A stretch of 64,000 nucleotides of DNA from Basidiobolus meristosporus CBS 931.73 (taxonomy: Eukaryota > Fungi > Basidiobolomycota), in assembly GCA_002104905.1 (NCBI GenBank), contig MCFE01000432.1:11947-75946 (forward strand), in the 5' to 3' direction. The notes below the pieces were generated by a model that was given only the letters and a program-made list of their open reading frames with translations, was not told the DNA's origin and made no database searches. The first letter of the stretch is position 1, and each line of letters opens with the position of its first letter. The translations under genes and the position numbers were made by a program. This document shows, in pieces, positions 11,940 to 24,980 of the stretch.

Positions 11940-13292
11940 ATGCTTGACCAAGAGATTCCACAATTGAGTATTTTCTCCTACAACTCGGATCAAATACCAA
12001 TCCAATCTTCATTTCAGGAACAACCTGACCTATCTGATTTCTTATCTGCCTCAATGCTAGAGGCATCTAATATGGCTTCTCTCGCTGATGTGCCCACTCC
12101 CGACTTCGAAATCTATCCAGCCACCCCACTTAATGAAACTCCTGGCAACCAGAATATCTTGCCTCTATCCGCTGTTAGCAATAGTCACATTCAACAACAA
12201 AACCACCTTCAGCCAAGGCCCACCCATAGAGCCAGGAGCTCCAGCATTTCTAGCCTTTCTAGTGTTGCTTCCAGTGTCTGTAGCTTTGACGACGCTTTGG
12301 AGCAGGAAATCGTGTTAGGGAACACGGGTTTGGTGGATGCGGGCATCAACATGAGCAATTTCAATCTAAATTCGCCACACTCCGCCTGGAGTTCACCAAG
12401 TATGGGATCTCCGCAAGATCCTACGTTAATTACCTCTTTCGTTCCTAGCCAGGAGGAGCTATTGTTACCTCAAAACCAATATCTGAACGCCAACACCTCC
12501 TTAAGCAGAAGCTCTAGTCTATCGAGCAATAGTAGCCAGACCAACTACCTTGACACCGCAGCTGGTACAACTGAGGATGATGAGAGGTTCCAACAGCTGC
12601 TAGCTTCGCAGCTGTTTGCCTGTCGCCGCGCTAGTATGTGCAACGCTGGCACCCCAACCTCCTTTATTGATCCAGATTTCTGCACTCAACAAGAATTGTT
12701 GAATATTCAGAGCGGCCACGGTCGTAGCTACAGTCTTTCCACCATCGACTTCCAATCCTTCGACGAAGGCTCTCCCTGTCAGCAGGGAGATCTATCAGTC
12801 CCCGAAACTCAATACCTCGGCGTGAATCTTTCGGAAGAGCTGATTCCTCCCACGTACGATGGATCGCTTCGACTCTCCCAAGAAGAGCTTGAATTCCTTG
12901 CCCTCAACTCCGATCTACAGGCTCTGAATGGCCAAACCCAATGCGAGCAGCACGGCGAGAACGCCGGTCCGCAACCCAACACATCTAACCGTTCACATAC
13001 CGAATATGCATGCACGGTGTCCGGATGCTCCAAGACTTTTCGCCGCAAACATAGCCTCCTATCCCACCAAAGAACCCACTCCGATGATAAGCCTTATCCA
13101 TGCGAGTATTGTGGTCGGCCATTTGCTCGCAAGCACGATATGCTGCGCCATCGTAGAATGCACACTGGCCAGAAGCCGTACCAATGTGAATCCTGCGGAC
13201 TTGGCTTTTACCGCACAGACGCCCGACAGCGCCACTACCAGGCAGAGCCGAAGTGTTGGGCCGTAGCCATGAAAGGCCAGACAAACGCTTAA
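11940..13292 (+). CDS. C2H2 zinc-finger transcription factor, Crz1-like
   Basis: Three C-terminal fingers (CTVSGC...H...H, CEYC...FARKHDMLRH, CESC...), a Ser-rich region RARSSSISSLSS and a docking-like PDFEIYPATP. Crz1 identity is inferred; the zinc-finger call is firm. Confidence 0.8.
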   Translation: MLDQEIPQLSIFSYNSDQIPIQSSFQEQPDLSDFLSASMLEASNMASLADVPTPDFEIYPATPLNETPGNQNILPLSAVSNSHIQQQNHLQPRPTHRARSSSISSLSSVASSVCSFDDALEQEIVLGNTGLVDAGINMSNFNLNSPHSAWSSPSMGSPQDPTLITSFVPSQEELLLPQNQYLNANTSLSRSSSLSSNSSQTNYLDTAAGTTEDDERFQQLLASQLFACRRASMCNAGTPTSFIDPDFCTQQELLNIQSGHGRSYSLSTIDFQSFDEGSPCQQGDLSVPETQYLGVNLSEELIPPTYDGSLRLSQEELEFLALNSDLQALNGQTQCEQHGENAGPQPNTSNRSHTEYACTVSGCSKTFRRKHSLLSHQRTHSDDKPYPCEYCGRPFARKHDMLRHRRMHTGQKPYQCESCGLGFYRTDARQRHYQAEPKCWAVAMKGQTNA

Positions 13293-15030
13293 GAACACAA
13301 CCTACAGAATCTAGATGGAACCCAAGCCCATTCTTGTACATGCATTCTTTTTGTAAAATGCGATTATTTCATGGTGAATTGTAGCCGGTCCCCGACCTGT
13401 GATTGCCTAATATTTTGTCTGGATCACCCGCCACCACCCCCATATTCAACGATATCTATGTATTTATAAGTCATCCTCCCATATCTACCCTTTTGAACTC
13501 CCCTTGTGTATAGATTAGCCAAGATAACATCGTCAAGTAAAAAGGTTTGAATAGAAATGGGACTTGTTACATCATACTTCCGCAAGCGCTTGGACATGTG
13601 AGGGAAATTGAGGAGGTGGGTGATGAATTAGGGACGCCGAAAAAGGAAAGATCGGGGCGCGTTCCATGTTACGGTTTGCGGATCAGCATCATACCGATTG
13701 ATGCGCTGCATTTCGAGGCTTCGACAGCTTCGCATGAGACCGCATACAATAGTCATCGTTCCGCGGCGTATGCCACCGAAAGATCTTGTTTGTCTCTAGG
13801 AGAAAGGTATTTCCTCGGGTAATATCCGAACTACCTGGCCATCCAACTGGGATCGAATACAGATCATCTGCCTCCCTGGCTTCTGGTACAATGGGCAACA
13901 AGGAACAGAACAAATGTTCTATTTTCCGTCACCTGATTATGTCGTGGTGGTCATCACTGCCCATATGCATGGCTATTGGCTGGCCAGTAGGATGAGCCTT
14001 GGCGATCTCTTGGCGAGTACTACATAAAGATGAGCACACGGTAAGGCAATTGATCAAGTAGGTTGGACAATATCGAGGAGGAACCAACCAGGAAGTTACC
14101 CAAAATCAGGAATCCTGCTGCAGCTTCCAGAAACCGAAGTCCCACTTAACTGGTCGAATGAACCGAATTCTTGCTAAAAACGAGATGCATGATGGATGCG
14201 GAAGCAATGTACCGGCCCTCAACGTTTATTTGATGGATGTCCGCATCCATCCTTCTGTTACACGTAGATTTAGGCTTCACAACTCCCAGCCGAACCTCAC
14301 GACCAGGCCAATAGGGCCTGAGTTCGGGCACTCAAGGTTGAGAACAAAACCAGTCGAGCAATTAGTATGTGAGCTCCCTCATGATGGAGAACATAGCTCA
14401 AGATGCCAAATCCGGAACGATGTGATGCAAAAACGCTAATTCGCAATCATGAGAGCCCATTGCCTCCTATCTTATCAGCAACGCTTCTGCGGTGGATGTT
14501 CTATCCGCAGGCGACACAAAAACATGATCTCTGATCAGTGTGCTCTCCACGACTTCCTAGATTGGCTATAGATGCATGTTGATTTTCTGGACGAAGGCAG
14601 GCCGTGGTGTTGAGGCGAGCAATGTGCCACTTTGGAATCAAAGGCACCGGCAGATTTATCCGAAGAATTTGCAGAGTCGAGGGTGAAACCACGTTGGACC
14701 AATCAAGTGAATAGCTTAGGCCAGGAAATAAGACACCAATTAGGGGCCTCAAGGTAGATTGTCAGTCAGACTGATAGGTGGAGAGGGGCTTGGGTGACAT
14801 GTCCAATTCAGTGAGATTAAGTCATGTGTTTGTGAAGAATGAATGAATATACTTGTGCAGATTACCTCCGCTACGAGACATGCATGTGGGCACATAGTAT
14901 TTCCTAATATGATGGAAGCTTGTGTATTGTTTCCTTTTCGAACACAGCTGCAACAACACCAGATCATCTCAATCGATGACGAAACTTCGGGTTCTGGTCA
15001 AAATACAAGTTACGCCATCTTGTGCTCTGC

Positions 15031-15180
15031 AATATGGATAAACAGCGGCTTGGGAAACAACATGGATAAAAATGCCACTTAGGAAACAATATGGATAAAC
15101 AGCAGCTTAGGAAACAATACAGATGGATAGCGGCTTAGTAAACAATATGACCGGCAACGATGAGAATGGAAACAATACGG
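15031..15180. repeat. Degenerate ~28-bp minisatellite, about 5 copies
   Basis: AATATGGATAAACAGC(G/A)GCTT(A/G)GGAAAC and variants in tandem, no spacers. Confidence 0.8.
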
Positions 15181-16849
15181 ATTGACCCAACCTTTGGACC
15201 CCCATGTAACCTTGCACATGCTTGACGAATCTATACAAATCAAGCTACTCGATTGTTACTTTTCCTGGTAATATCATTGCTAAGACAAATTTAGCTTAAT
15301 CTTCAGTACCTCCTCACGTTCAGTTCCTAGATGCTGAATCACTAGTCCAAGCGTACATCATCATTGATTAGTAACAGTAGCATGCTGATCGGTTGAGGAC
15401 TCCCCTGGTACTTGTTGGAACTGAGTCCAATGTGTGACAACTGCTACTGAGTACAACCTAGGATTCCTACTTTTTTCGCATTAATCTGTTCCGCTTCCAT
15501 AACATGGTTTTGGAGAATACGATTGATTAAAGACAAATCAACATAAGCTGTAACCCATGAGCTAGGGGATTCTGGGCGTAATCTCGGTTTGAAACAACAC
15601 CCTTGCCGATGGATATATAGCTTCCTAATGCGATTCCATATGTAACCCTCGTTAGCTTCACGATGGATGTGTACCATAATACCAAAATAAAAAGTCCGTG
15701 GGGTTCCTGTGCGATGTTGAAGGCTTTAAGAGAATATGGGCCCTTGAGGGATTCCATCTCATTTGTATGCATGCTCACATCAATATCATTCAGATTGAGC
15801 GTATACATGTGTGGATTGCCGGGAAATTGTAACATCAAGTATGTACCGTATTTGAGCACTTTCTGAAGCGGGTAATAACAATAAGCTTGAGGCTTCTTTA
15901 TATAATTAATAAATAATGTCGGCATATTTCGTTAATTTGTGTCGAGGGTGGCAGATATTTTTAATGAAAGTGGTGAAGGTATCTTTAGATTCAACTCCAA
16001 GAGATCCTGACCATTGCTCACAATATTCCTGTTGCAATTCGCTTGCTTGGCTACTACATTATTCAAACACCACAATATGCTGATCTGGTTTTTAGAATAT
16101 CATGTTCGAACTGAGGGTTTGGTTCATAAACCACAATTTAGACTTTTAAAAAGCTATCTGATACGTGATGTCATTATTAAAATTGGTTAGCTTGGCACCT
16201 AAATTATTCATACAACCCAAGTTTCCACTTAGCTAAATACTGTTGGAAGTTTTTAAAGAGTATTGAGAGCGACTTGGTAAACTAGAAGAAATTGCATGAT
16301 ACTCACTTATTGTTCATTGAGTTCAAACAAAGTGCGAATACTTTCTGAAGAACTTCGTAAAAGTAGTGATCTCATATATCTTAAGAAAGGTCTCAGGAAT
16401 TAGCGCTGAAAGTTCGGGTCCTTTTGGATGAGCTTTGTATGATATCCACCAATTCCAAGAATTGGCTAAAATCTTGCGAACTAAGCAAATAGATCACCGT
16501 TTAATAATAAGCTAGGCATAGTGTTAAGGAACTTTGGTGTGGGCTAAATACCTAAAAGAAAAGAATCTTGAATATTACTCAGCAGTATGGTTGTATAATG
16601 TATGTTAGTGCAGTGAATTGTGGAATTCCTGGAAATTGCTACAAGCTACAATGAGAATGATGAATTGATTTTTCCTTTGTTTTATAGTGAGCTAGTATAT
16701 ATACTTTTGGGTGAGCCTAGAAGTGTATTGCAGCAGCTGAGCTGAATGGCTGTATAGTAGGATCTCAATCAGTGCATCTGATAACTAAACACTTCATATA
16801 ATCAAAGTGCCTGCTGTACGCATTATCAAGATTTTGCATATAAATTTTC

Positions 16850-18170
16850 AGGTTGGCCTGTGAGATACTGGAAGCGATTGGGAGAACAAGTAGGTTATGC
16901 AATTTTCACTTCATAATTTATTCAATGTAAAGGTAGTACTTGTTGTAAGAGTCCTGGAGATATTGGAAGTGATTGGGAGAACAAGTAGATTATGTGGCTT
17001 TCACTTAATGATTTATTGAATGTAAAAGTAGTATTTATACTTCTACATGGTTCTGGCATAACAAGCAGGTAGAATGTGTTTATGACGGCCTCAAGAGCAT
17101 GTGTGCAAAGTTTGGGGCTGTTTGGACGACTTAACAAATTCTCATGTTCTGGACACCGGATGTTTTGGTGAAAATATTCCAAGTAAATCCCAACAAGGAA
17201 TTTGGTCTGTATTCACTAAGATTTGTAGGTAATGATCTAAGTGACCCAGTTAGGTGAATATTTAGGTGGAATTACAAATTTTTACAACAGTTTTTACACT
17301 TTGACAAGGTCTTAGCCTAACAGATGTTGTAAGAGCTTTGGAGATATTGGAAGTGATTGGGAGAACAAGTAGACTCTGTGTTTTTCACTTAACGATTTAT
17401 TGAATGTAAAAGTAGTATTTATACTTTTACATGGCATTGGCAAACAATAAGCATAGAACATATTTGGAAAGGGACTAAGAACATGTGTGCAAAGTTTGGG
17501 GCTGTTTTGACAACTTAACAAAATTTTATGCTCTTGGTACCTGATATTGTGGAGAAAGTACTCAATGTAAATCTCAACAAGGAATTTGGCGAGAATTCCT
17601 TAAGATTTGTAAACAATGATCTAAGTGACCAAGTTAGGTGTATATTTAGGTGTAATCACGAAATTTACAACAACAGATACATACAACATACTAAAGAATG
17701 CTCAAGAAGTATATGTACAAAGCTAGGGGGCTTCTGGACAGCTTCGAGAGTGTTTGTACTTAGAGTGCTTGATGTTTTGGTGAGAGTATCCAGTTAGTTG
17801 GTCTCCACAAAGAAGTTTGGCAGAAGATGTCAAAGCATGTAAGCTATAATCCAAGTGTCCAAGTTAATTTTGTTTACAACTGAATAATCCTAAAACCACT
17901 GCCAAATTCCAAACCAATATGCCTTTATCACATGGCTGAGCTGAGAATGAAAAAGAGAATACTTAATACAGGCTCTCTCAAGACTGACGGATATGTGGTG
18001 AGAATGTTGCAAGACCTCAGGGAGTACCAAAAGTGATTTGGAGAACTAGAAAAATCACATGATATTTACTTGTTGTTTGATTGAGCTAAGATAAGGATTT
18101 CTATCTTGTTGGGAACTTCAAGGAAGGTCCCAGAAAGCTGTATGCAGAATTTGGGGTCTTTTGGAGTAGG
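16850..18170 (-). repeat. Decayed tandem copies of an unidentified, formerly coding repeat unit
   Basis: Copies at ~16920-17180 and ~17310-17540 share TCACTTAA(T/C)GATTTATTGAATGTAAAAGTAGTATTTATAC and encode NSPKLCTH...LFSQSLP; weaker copies near 17710 and 18140; AT-rich and CpG-poor. Confidence 0.7.
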
Positions 18171-19563
18171 TAGAAAATATCGATAACTTCTAGGCCTTCA
18201 CTAATTCGAAGAAATAGTCAATCTCTTACTAACTAAATCTAAAGTAAATAACTCCGCAATAAGCTAAACAGAATCTTATGTTATATGAATGGGTTGGGTG
18301 TAAAATGAATATTCACAACAGAAAATACATTTGAAAGAAGGATGTGGGCAACGTGTGGGGTCTTTAGAACATCAGATCATTATTTCCACATTTCTGAAGA
18401 ATAAGGAAAAGAGAACTTTTCTAACATTGCCAAGGTGTCGGATCATCACATGAACAGTTGGATGCAATACAGATCGTTTTTGATCAAGCCTCTCTGGCAC
18501 ATCATAGTTAAACCAGGGACAAAATCATGGCATGGGGGCAGTATTCGAATAGTGATGCACCTAGTCATTCATTAACCTTTGTTTCCGATTCTCCTATACT
18601 ACTCGCAATACGTTGGTTTTAGGAAGTTTTACACAACAGTGCAGCACAATAGATTTCCATCAACTCCACGCATGAACCATGGCCATGGAAACATAAGGCA
18701 ATGAAGCTCGGAAATTTCGGTTTGTTATACATGTGTACTGTGTGGAAGGCTCCCCAATAATTATGCTAATATTTACATCCCAACAAATATAAAATTTGGC
18801 TACATCGCCAGCAACTATACAAAGTGCACTGCACCCCACCATTATCTCTGTTCTACTGAAATAGTTATTATACAGTCACGCGCCACCAATCTATTCTCAA
18901 ATGTACCTTTGAAGCCAATGCTTTTTTATGCTGCAGACGTTAAGCGGGGGCTTTGAAATAGGTGAACAACCACAAAGATCATCACCATTGAATGCACTCA
19001 TATGGATTTGAATGACACCCATTACCCAACTCTTTTAATGAATAACACCAACCGCGCTCCAAGATCCTCGCAGATCATGAAATCTGCCGTAGTATGGCCC
19101 GAATCATTTCGATCGAGGCATGGAAACAAGCAAGTTTCCTACTACGATCCAGCATCGACTCCTTTTTCGGGGCACAAATTCAAACCTGGGCTCGTGATCA
19201 ATTTAGAGAAAGCCATCACCATTGGTGGATGTAGGGGAAGGATGGCCACAGGATTGCCACATTTGGTGGCAACGTCCTATTCAATTCCCCACAGTAGATC
19301 CCCTTCCCAACTCGCTGCTCCGGAAACCATGGGGATTCAGTACGGTCGGCATGAATTTTCGGGAAATGACTAATAATTCGTCTGCTATACGTAAGGCGAA
19401 TTCGCGGATGACTCATTCCTATTCATGTTGCCTCGACAATGGGATATTTAAGTGACCGCCTCACGTACACGTTCACGCTTGAGTGTCGAGCCCGTTTCTT
19501 TAGAACCCTTCAAACAAATAACCCTTCCCCCGCCCACCAATCTACCTACCTACTCTACACGTC

Positions 19564-20809
19564 ATGACCGCAGGAAAAGTCGCTTCCGCCAACATCGACT
19601 GGTCCAGCTTGGGCTTCAGCTTTATCCCAACCAACGGCCACATGAAATACACCTGGAAGGACGGTAAGTGGGACCAGGGCGAATTCGTCACCGAGCCTTG
19701 GATCAACATGCATATCGCCTCGAGCGGTTTGAACTATGGTCAGGAGGTAAGTACCTTTCGGGACGAAAGAAATTTTCCAACTCGATACTCATCTTCCCGA
19801 CTGTTTAGTGTTTTGAAGGACTCAAGGCCTGGCAATGTAAAGACGGAAAGGTTAGCATATTCGCATATCCCCTCGCACCAGAGTCCCCGCTGACCAGCTG
19901 TCCCCACAGGTTCGTCTCTTCCGTCCCCAGAATAACGCTGACCGCTTGAGGTACTCCGCATCCAAAGCCTGCATGGTGGCTCCTTCACGCGAATTATTCT
20001 TGGAAGCCGTAACACGCGTGGTCAAGGAGAACATCGAATACGTCCCACCCTATGGCTCTGGGGGCTCTTTGTACCTTCGACCATTGCTTGTGGGAAATGG
20101 ACCTATGCTGAACTTGATCCCATCCAACGAATACACATTCATCGTGTACGCAGTACCAGTCGGAAACTTCTACAAAGACGGGATCAAAACCACCAACGCA
20201 ATTATCATTGACGACTTCGATAGAGGTGAGTGCCATCATGTATTATTTGATTAGGGTAGCAAGCTAACTCTGGCCGACCATTCAGCCGCCCCTCTCGGCA
20301 CTGGCTCTGTGAAACTTGGTGGAAACTATGCCCCATGCTTGCCTTCCACCCAAGCCGCCCACGAAGCTGGATATACAATGGCTCTGTTCCTTGATGCTGC
20401 CACACGCACCTATATCGAAGAGTTCTCGTCCTGCAATTTCATAGCGGTGATTAACGGGGAGAGCATTGAAGACACCACCATCATCACACCTGATTCCCCC
20501 TCCATTCTACCCTCCATCACCACCCAGACCATTCTTGAGCTTGCCGAATCGTTCGGGTGGAAGGTGATCCGTCGCCCCATTCCTCTTGAGGAAGTGAGAT
20601 CAGGGAAGTTTGACGAGATTGCTGGATGCGGCACCGCAGTCATCGTCACACCAGTTCACACGATCCACCATCAAGGCCAAGACATCAAGATCACCTCCAA
20701 CAAGACACTCGGACCCGCCCTCGAAAAGATCTACTCCACCGTGCGTGCATTGCAGATGTTGGAAATCGAAGACAAGTTCGATTGGAGCTACCCAGCTGAA
20801 GGTTTCTGA
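19564..20809 (+). CDS. Branched-chain amino acid aminotransferase (PLP fold IV, IlvE/plant-like subtype), 4 exons
   Basis: IDWSSLGFSF, GLNYGQE|CFEGLKA, GSGGSLYLRPLL, catalytic KLGGNYAP, IEEFSSCNF, ILPSIT, GCGTAVIVTPV; GT-AG introns near 19747, 19851 and 20227. Confidence 0.92.
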
Positions 20810-23034
20810 TCCCAACTTCGACCACCCATTCCCATCCCCATCTCCATCTCCACCACCACACACCATCTTATTTTCTTTGTAAAATCATCCTTTGCACCAC
20901 CAATAAATCCACTTCTGGTTACTCGTGATCCGTTCGGTTGCTGTACCGATTCCGACCGACCGAAATCAAACAGGAAGTCAAGTGCCACGGAGGCCAATCA
21001 AGGCAGATCTGTTTTCATAGATAGACTTGGTCTCCCTAACTTGTTCGATTGGGTTGAAGATTTGGTCAGCAACCCGCTTCTACTACGGATCTTCACTGTG
21101 TCACTAGTTCACGTTCATTTGGTGTGCAAGACCTGTGACAAACGTATATAACTGGCTCCACTTATCAACGACTCAGCTCCACGTTACATTGATCTTGATG
21201 GAGACTTTCATCTGGCACTCAATCTATCTCAAGCCATTCGATCGAATGTGCTATCAAATTTACAAATGACCCAGGTACCGCTAATGTCTTGGTAGGGCTG
21301 GGGGCCCACCAATGACTTCATCCCCAGTATTCACATCGACAGCGATTTTTTCTGCTTTGTCTGAGCCACATCTCTTAAACAGTTGGGTTCGCGGGTCATG
21401 ATCCCCAGCAACGTGCGGAAAGTTTCACGCCATGGATCTTTCTTGTCATCACCTCTGGTGGACTACTTTCTCACGACTCCGCCTATCCCGGACGATAGAT
21501 GGTAACAATCAATCGGTCTAAACAGGTCTCCCACGGTTTAAAGGTTGATATTGACTCTAGGTTCGACAATGAAAATTTTTGTCCCGGTACGATGCGGGTC
21601 ACATTCTCGGCATGCAGGTCGCCAGCATGGTGGAGCAAACGCCACGCCCAAAGCGGAATCCCCCATGACAGGTTCATACTCGTATACTGGAATATACTGC
21701 ATAATAATTGCGCTGAATAAATAACTACGCATGTAATACCTTCCACTGAGTGACCAGGGTTTTTTTTTTTCTGGGCAGAACTTTGGCTTACCTCGTAGAT
21801 GATGTGGGTCGTATTTGGAAGTGAATGGTTTAGTACTCAAATATTGATCCATGGACACTGCATGTAAAGCACCGATGTCTAGACTTCAAGAATTGGTTAG
21901 CCAAGTACAACCCTGTAGTACTGATAACTAAAGCATAATTTCGAGTTGGCTAATGAGAATGTCCGCCTAACTGCTGAATTCGCAACTGTAATACCAACTC
22001 TATTCAGAAACAGGGAGGTAACATAGTTTCGGCCACTATCAGATTTCGAATGTGGTAATAGGAATACAGGAGGCACATACGATATGGCAGATCCACTATT
22101 CAACTGGAAATCTAACTTCGACCCAGTGAGGATTCGAGATATCGATCGCGGTTTCTCCTCAGCGAAACATGAAATTCTTGATCGATCGGTTAATCGGTTA
22201 CTGAATCTCCCTCATTGGTGATCAAAGTTACCATACGGCAACATGTGTGAAAGGTTTTGGAAAAATCACAACTCGTGGGGAAGTTCATGATTCGTGGACA
22301 TCTGGAAATCAGCACAAAACCGTGTGAAGGATATGGAGCGTGCAACGATCAGATCCCAACCACAACACCACCCCTATCTACCTGATGCTTCCCAAACTAG
22401 AGCCAGTGAGGCCTCGTCGATACAACCAACATGCAAGCAGGCTGAAGTCATCGCCTGTGCAAACGTTATCCAATACATCAACACTTCGCTATAAGTGGTG
22501 CAAATTCTAATGGAAATAGAAATCCGTCCAAACCAATTAACATTCCATCTTCCAAATCGAAAAGCCTTCCTCATGACCATATACCATATGGTTTCCTAAT
22601 CTGAAGTAGTCGTGACTTATTGGTCAATCTACGAAATTCATCATGAGACTCGATGGAACCTTCACTCACCAAAGTAATGTTGAGTCAACGCGAATTTCTA
22701 AATGTGGATTGTCAGTGGTATATTGGTGCTACTTATTTGGTTACCGTAAGATAAGGAGTCAGATGACAACTAGCTATCGTGCTATTGTTCAGCAAATGAA
22801 GAGCCGCGCTGCTCTCTAAGTGAATTTAAGATAGATCAATATAATTGCTGAGGGTGAAAAAGGAAATGGCACATACCGAGGTTATCGGGAATTGGTCAGC
22901 GAAAGTATAAAATGTCTTGGACCTCTGGATGGAATTAGTATCTTTCAGTTTCATTCCCCAACACAGTATTCGGGCCTTTGAAAAAATCCTTTGCGCTTGA
23001 CCTTCTACCCGATTACTTCACACCGAACTTAATC

Positions 23035-24285
23035 ATGTCAAAATACGACGAAAAAACCCTCGACTATGAGGCCAACATGGAGAACGAAACCGGAAGAACC
23101 AGCTCTTCCTTCGGAGCTTACTTCAACATTGTGTGCGTTATTGCTGGTATGGGTGTTCTACAGATGGCTTCTGCATTCAGACAAAGCGGGTGGTTTGGTG
23201 CTGTTATCACAGTATTCTGCTGCCTCCTCTGTATCTACACCGGTCACCTGCTCGTAAAATGCCTATATTTCGATGGGAAAACCAGATTGCCGGGCTATTC
23301 AGCCATTGGACAAGCGGCCTTTGGCAAATTCGGAAGATACATGGTAGAGGGTTTCTTGTTCTGTTTCTACTTCGGAGTTGCGTGCATCTTCATCATCTTG
23401 ATCAGTAAAGATCTGTCAGAGTTGTTCGAACTGGTGAACATTCACCTGAACTTGAAGATCTGGACCATCATTGCCGCCGTCATTATCTGGATTCCATTTG
23501 TGGCCTTCAAGGCCATGAAGGAAGTCGAAATCCTCGCACTGTTCGGTACCCTAGCCACCGCATTTACTGTTGTGGTGATCGTCGTTGTTGGTATCATGGA
23601 TCTGCCAAAAAACAAGATGCAAACTCACGAATTCATCCAACCCTCCGGCTTGCCTATTGCCCTGGCCTCCATCAGCTTGTCATTCGGTGGTAGCCCAGTA
23701 TTCCCCGCAGTAGAGAAGACCATGAAACGCCCCAAGTCCTGGACCATGGTTCTGTCCTTTGCCATGGGAACCGCCCTGATTCTGTACATCCTTGCCGGCG
23801 TCTTCGGTTACCTCGTTTACGGAAACTCCGTTCAATCACCCATCTTCACCAATTTGACCAAAAACGGACTTACCGTTGCAGCAATGATTGCCATGACCTT
23901 CCACATCATGTTTGCTGCTCCCATCCTGCTGATCAGTTTCTCACTGGAAGTGGAGAAGTGGTTGAAAATCACCGACAACTACATGACAAAGTCCAAACAG
24001 GTTGTCAGCCGAGTTTGCATGAGAACTGCATTGATGGTGGTGTTCTGCTTGATCTCCATGTTTGTCCCAGCATTCGGAGACTTCATGTCACTTGTCGGAG
24101 CCCTCACCAACTGCCAAATCATCTTCGTGTTCCCAGTCGTCTTCTACCTGAAGCTCTACGGATGGAGAAACATCCGCTGGTACGAGTTGATCCTCTGTGC
24201 CATCATCATTGTTGTTGGCATGGTTAGCTGCGTCCTGGGCACCATTGATGCCATCAAGAGTTTGAAGGCAACTTTGTCCGGTTAA
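23035..24285 (+). CDS. AAAP/Aa_trans amino-acid transporter (Avt1-like), paralog A, intronless
   Basis: AYFNIVCVIAGMGVL, GWFG, SFGGSPVFPAVE, YLVYGNSVQSPI, FGDFMSLVGA; ATG at 23035 matches the paralog start. Confidence 0.9.
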   Translation: MSKYDEKTLDYEANMENETGRTSSSFGAYFNIVCVIAGMGVLQMASAFRQSGWFGAVITVFCCLLCIYTGHLLVKCLYFDGKTRLPGYSAIGQAAFGKFGRYMVEGFLFCFYFGVACIFIILISKDLSELFELVNIHLNLKIWTIIAAVIIWIPFVAFKAMKEVEILALFGTLATAFTVVVIVVVGIMDLPKNKMQTHEFIQPSGLPIALASISLSFGGSPVFPAVEKTMKRPKSWTMVLSFAMGTALILYILAGVFGYLVYGNSVQSPIFTNLTKNGLTVAAMIAMTFHIMFAAPILLISFSLEVEKWLKITDNYMTKSKQVVSRVCMRTALMVVFCLISMFVPAFGDFMSLVGALTNCQIIFVFPVVFYLKLYGWRNIRWYELILCAIIIVVGMVSCVLGTIDAIKSLKATLSG

Positions 24286-24980
24286 ACCGCCATCTCCAAA
24301 CCCAATCATCACTCGTTACTTTGAAAGCAACACTATCTCACTATCTCATCATGTTCATAATCCAATATCTAATGTAAATCAACTGACCTCCTATACATAA
24401 TAATAAACACCCAACATGAAAAGCACTTCTCCATTGAGCCAATCCCGATGTCGAATAGCGGTTTCCTTTTTCTCCAAATGAAACAGACCGATCGTGGAAG
24501 TGAGTCATCGCGCGCCTTTCCCCATTCCAGAACCAGCACACCAATAAGATAAAGTGACCATATTTGGAGGGGTAAACAAATCCCATGGGGGTAAATGGAA
24601 GTCCCAATTGGAAAATCGACGGACCAGCAACTCGCATGCGTATATGGTATTGAGTGGAAGGTTTATTGAAATCTTATGTACAAATATGGATTAAAATAGG
24701 AATGGATTCTAGAGAATGGCGAAGGGCTGAAATGAAATGAAGTGAATGAATCCTAGTTGGACAAAGCAGTGATCAAATTTTTCACTGCATCAATGGTGCC
24801 CAGGACGCAGCTAACCATGCCAACAACAATGATGATGGCACAGAGGATCAACTCGTACCAGCGGATGTTTCTCCATCCGTAGAGCTTCAGATAGAAGACG
24901 ACTGGGAACACGAAGATGATCTGGCAGTTGGTGAGGGCTCCGACAAGTGACATGAAGTCTCCGAATGCTGGGACAAACAT
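24058..24980. repeat. 194-bp inverted repeat (arms 24058-24251 and 24787-24980) formed by the 3' ends of the two transporter genes
   Basis: Manual comparison shows 2 mismatches (CAA/CAG, TAC/TAT) in 194 nt. Confidence 0.9.

Noticed and set aside
15031-15180. CRISPR-like array
   Set aside because: Repeats are contiguous and degenerate with no unique spacers, in a eukaryotic context
19002-19373. Weak resemblance of FKPGLVINLEKAITIGG to a methionine aminopeptidase motif
   Set aside because: Single short match with no other metal-binding motifs
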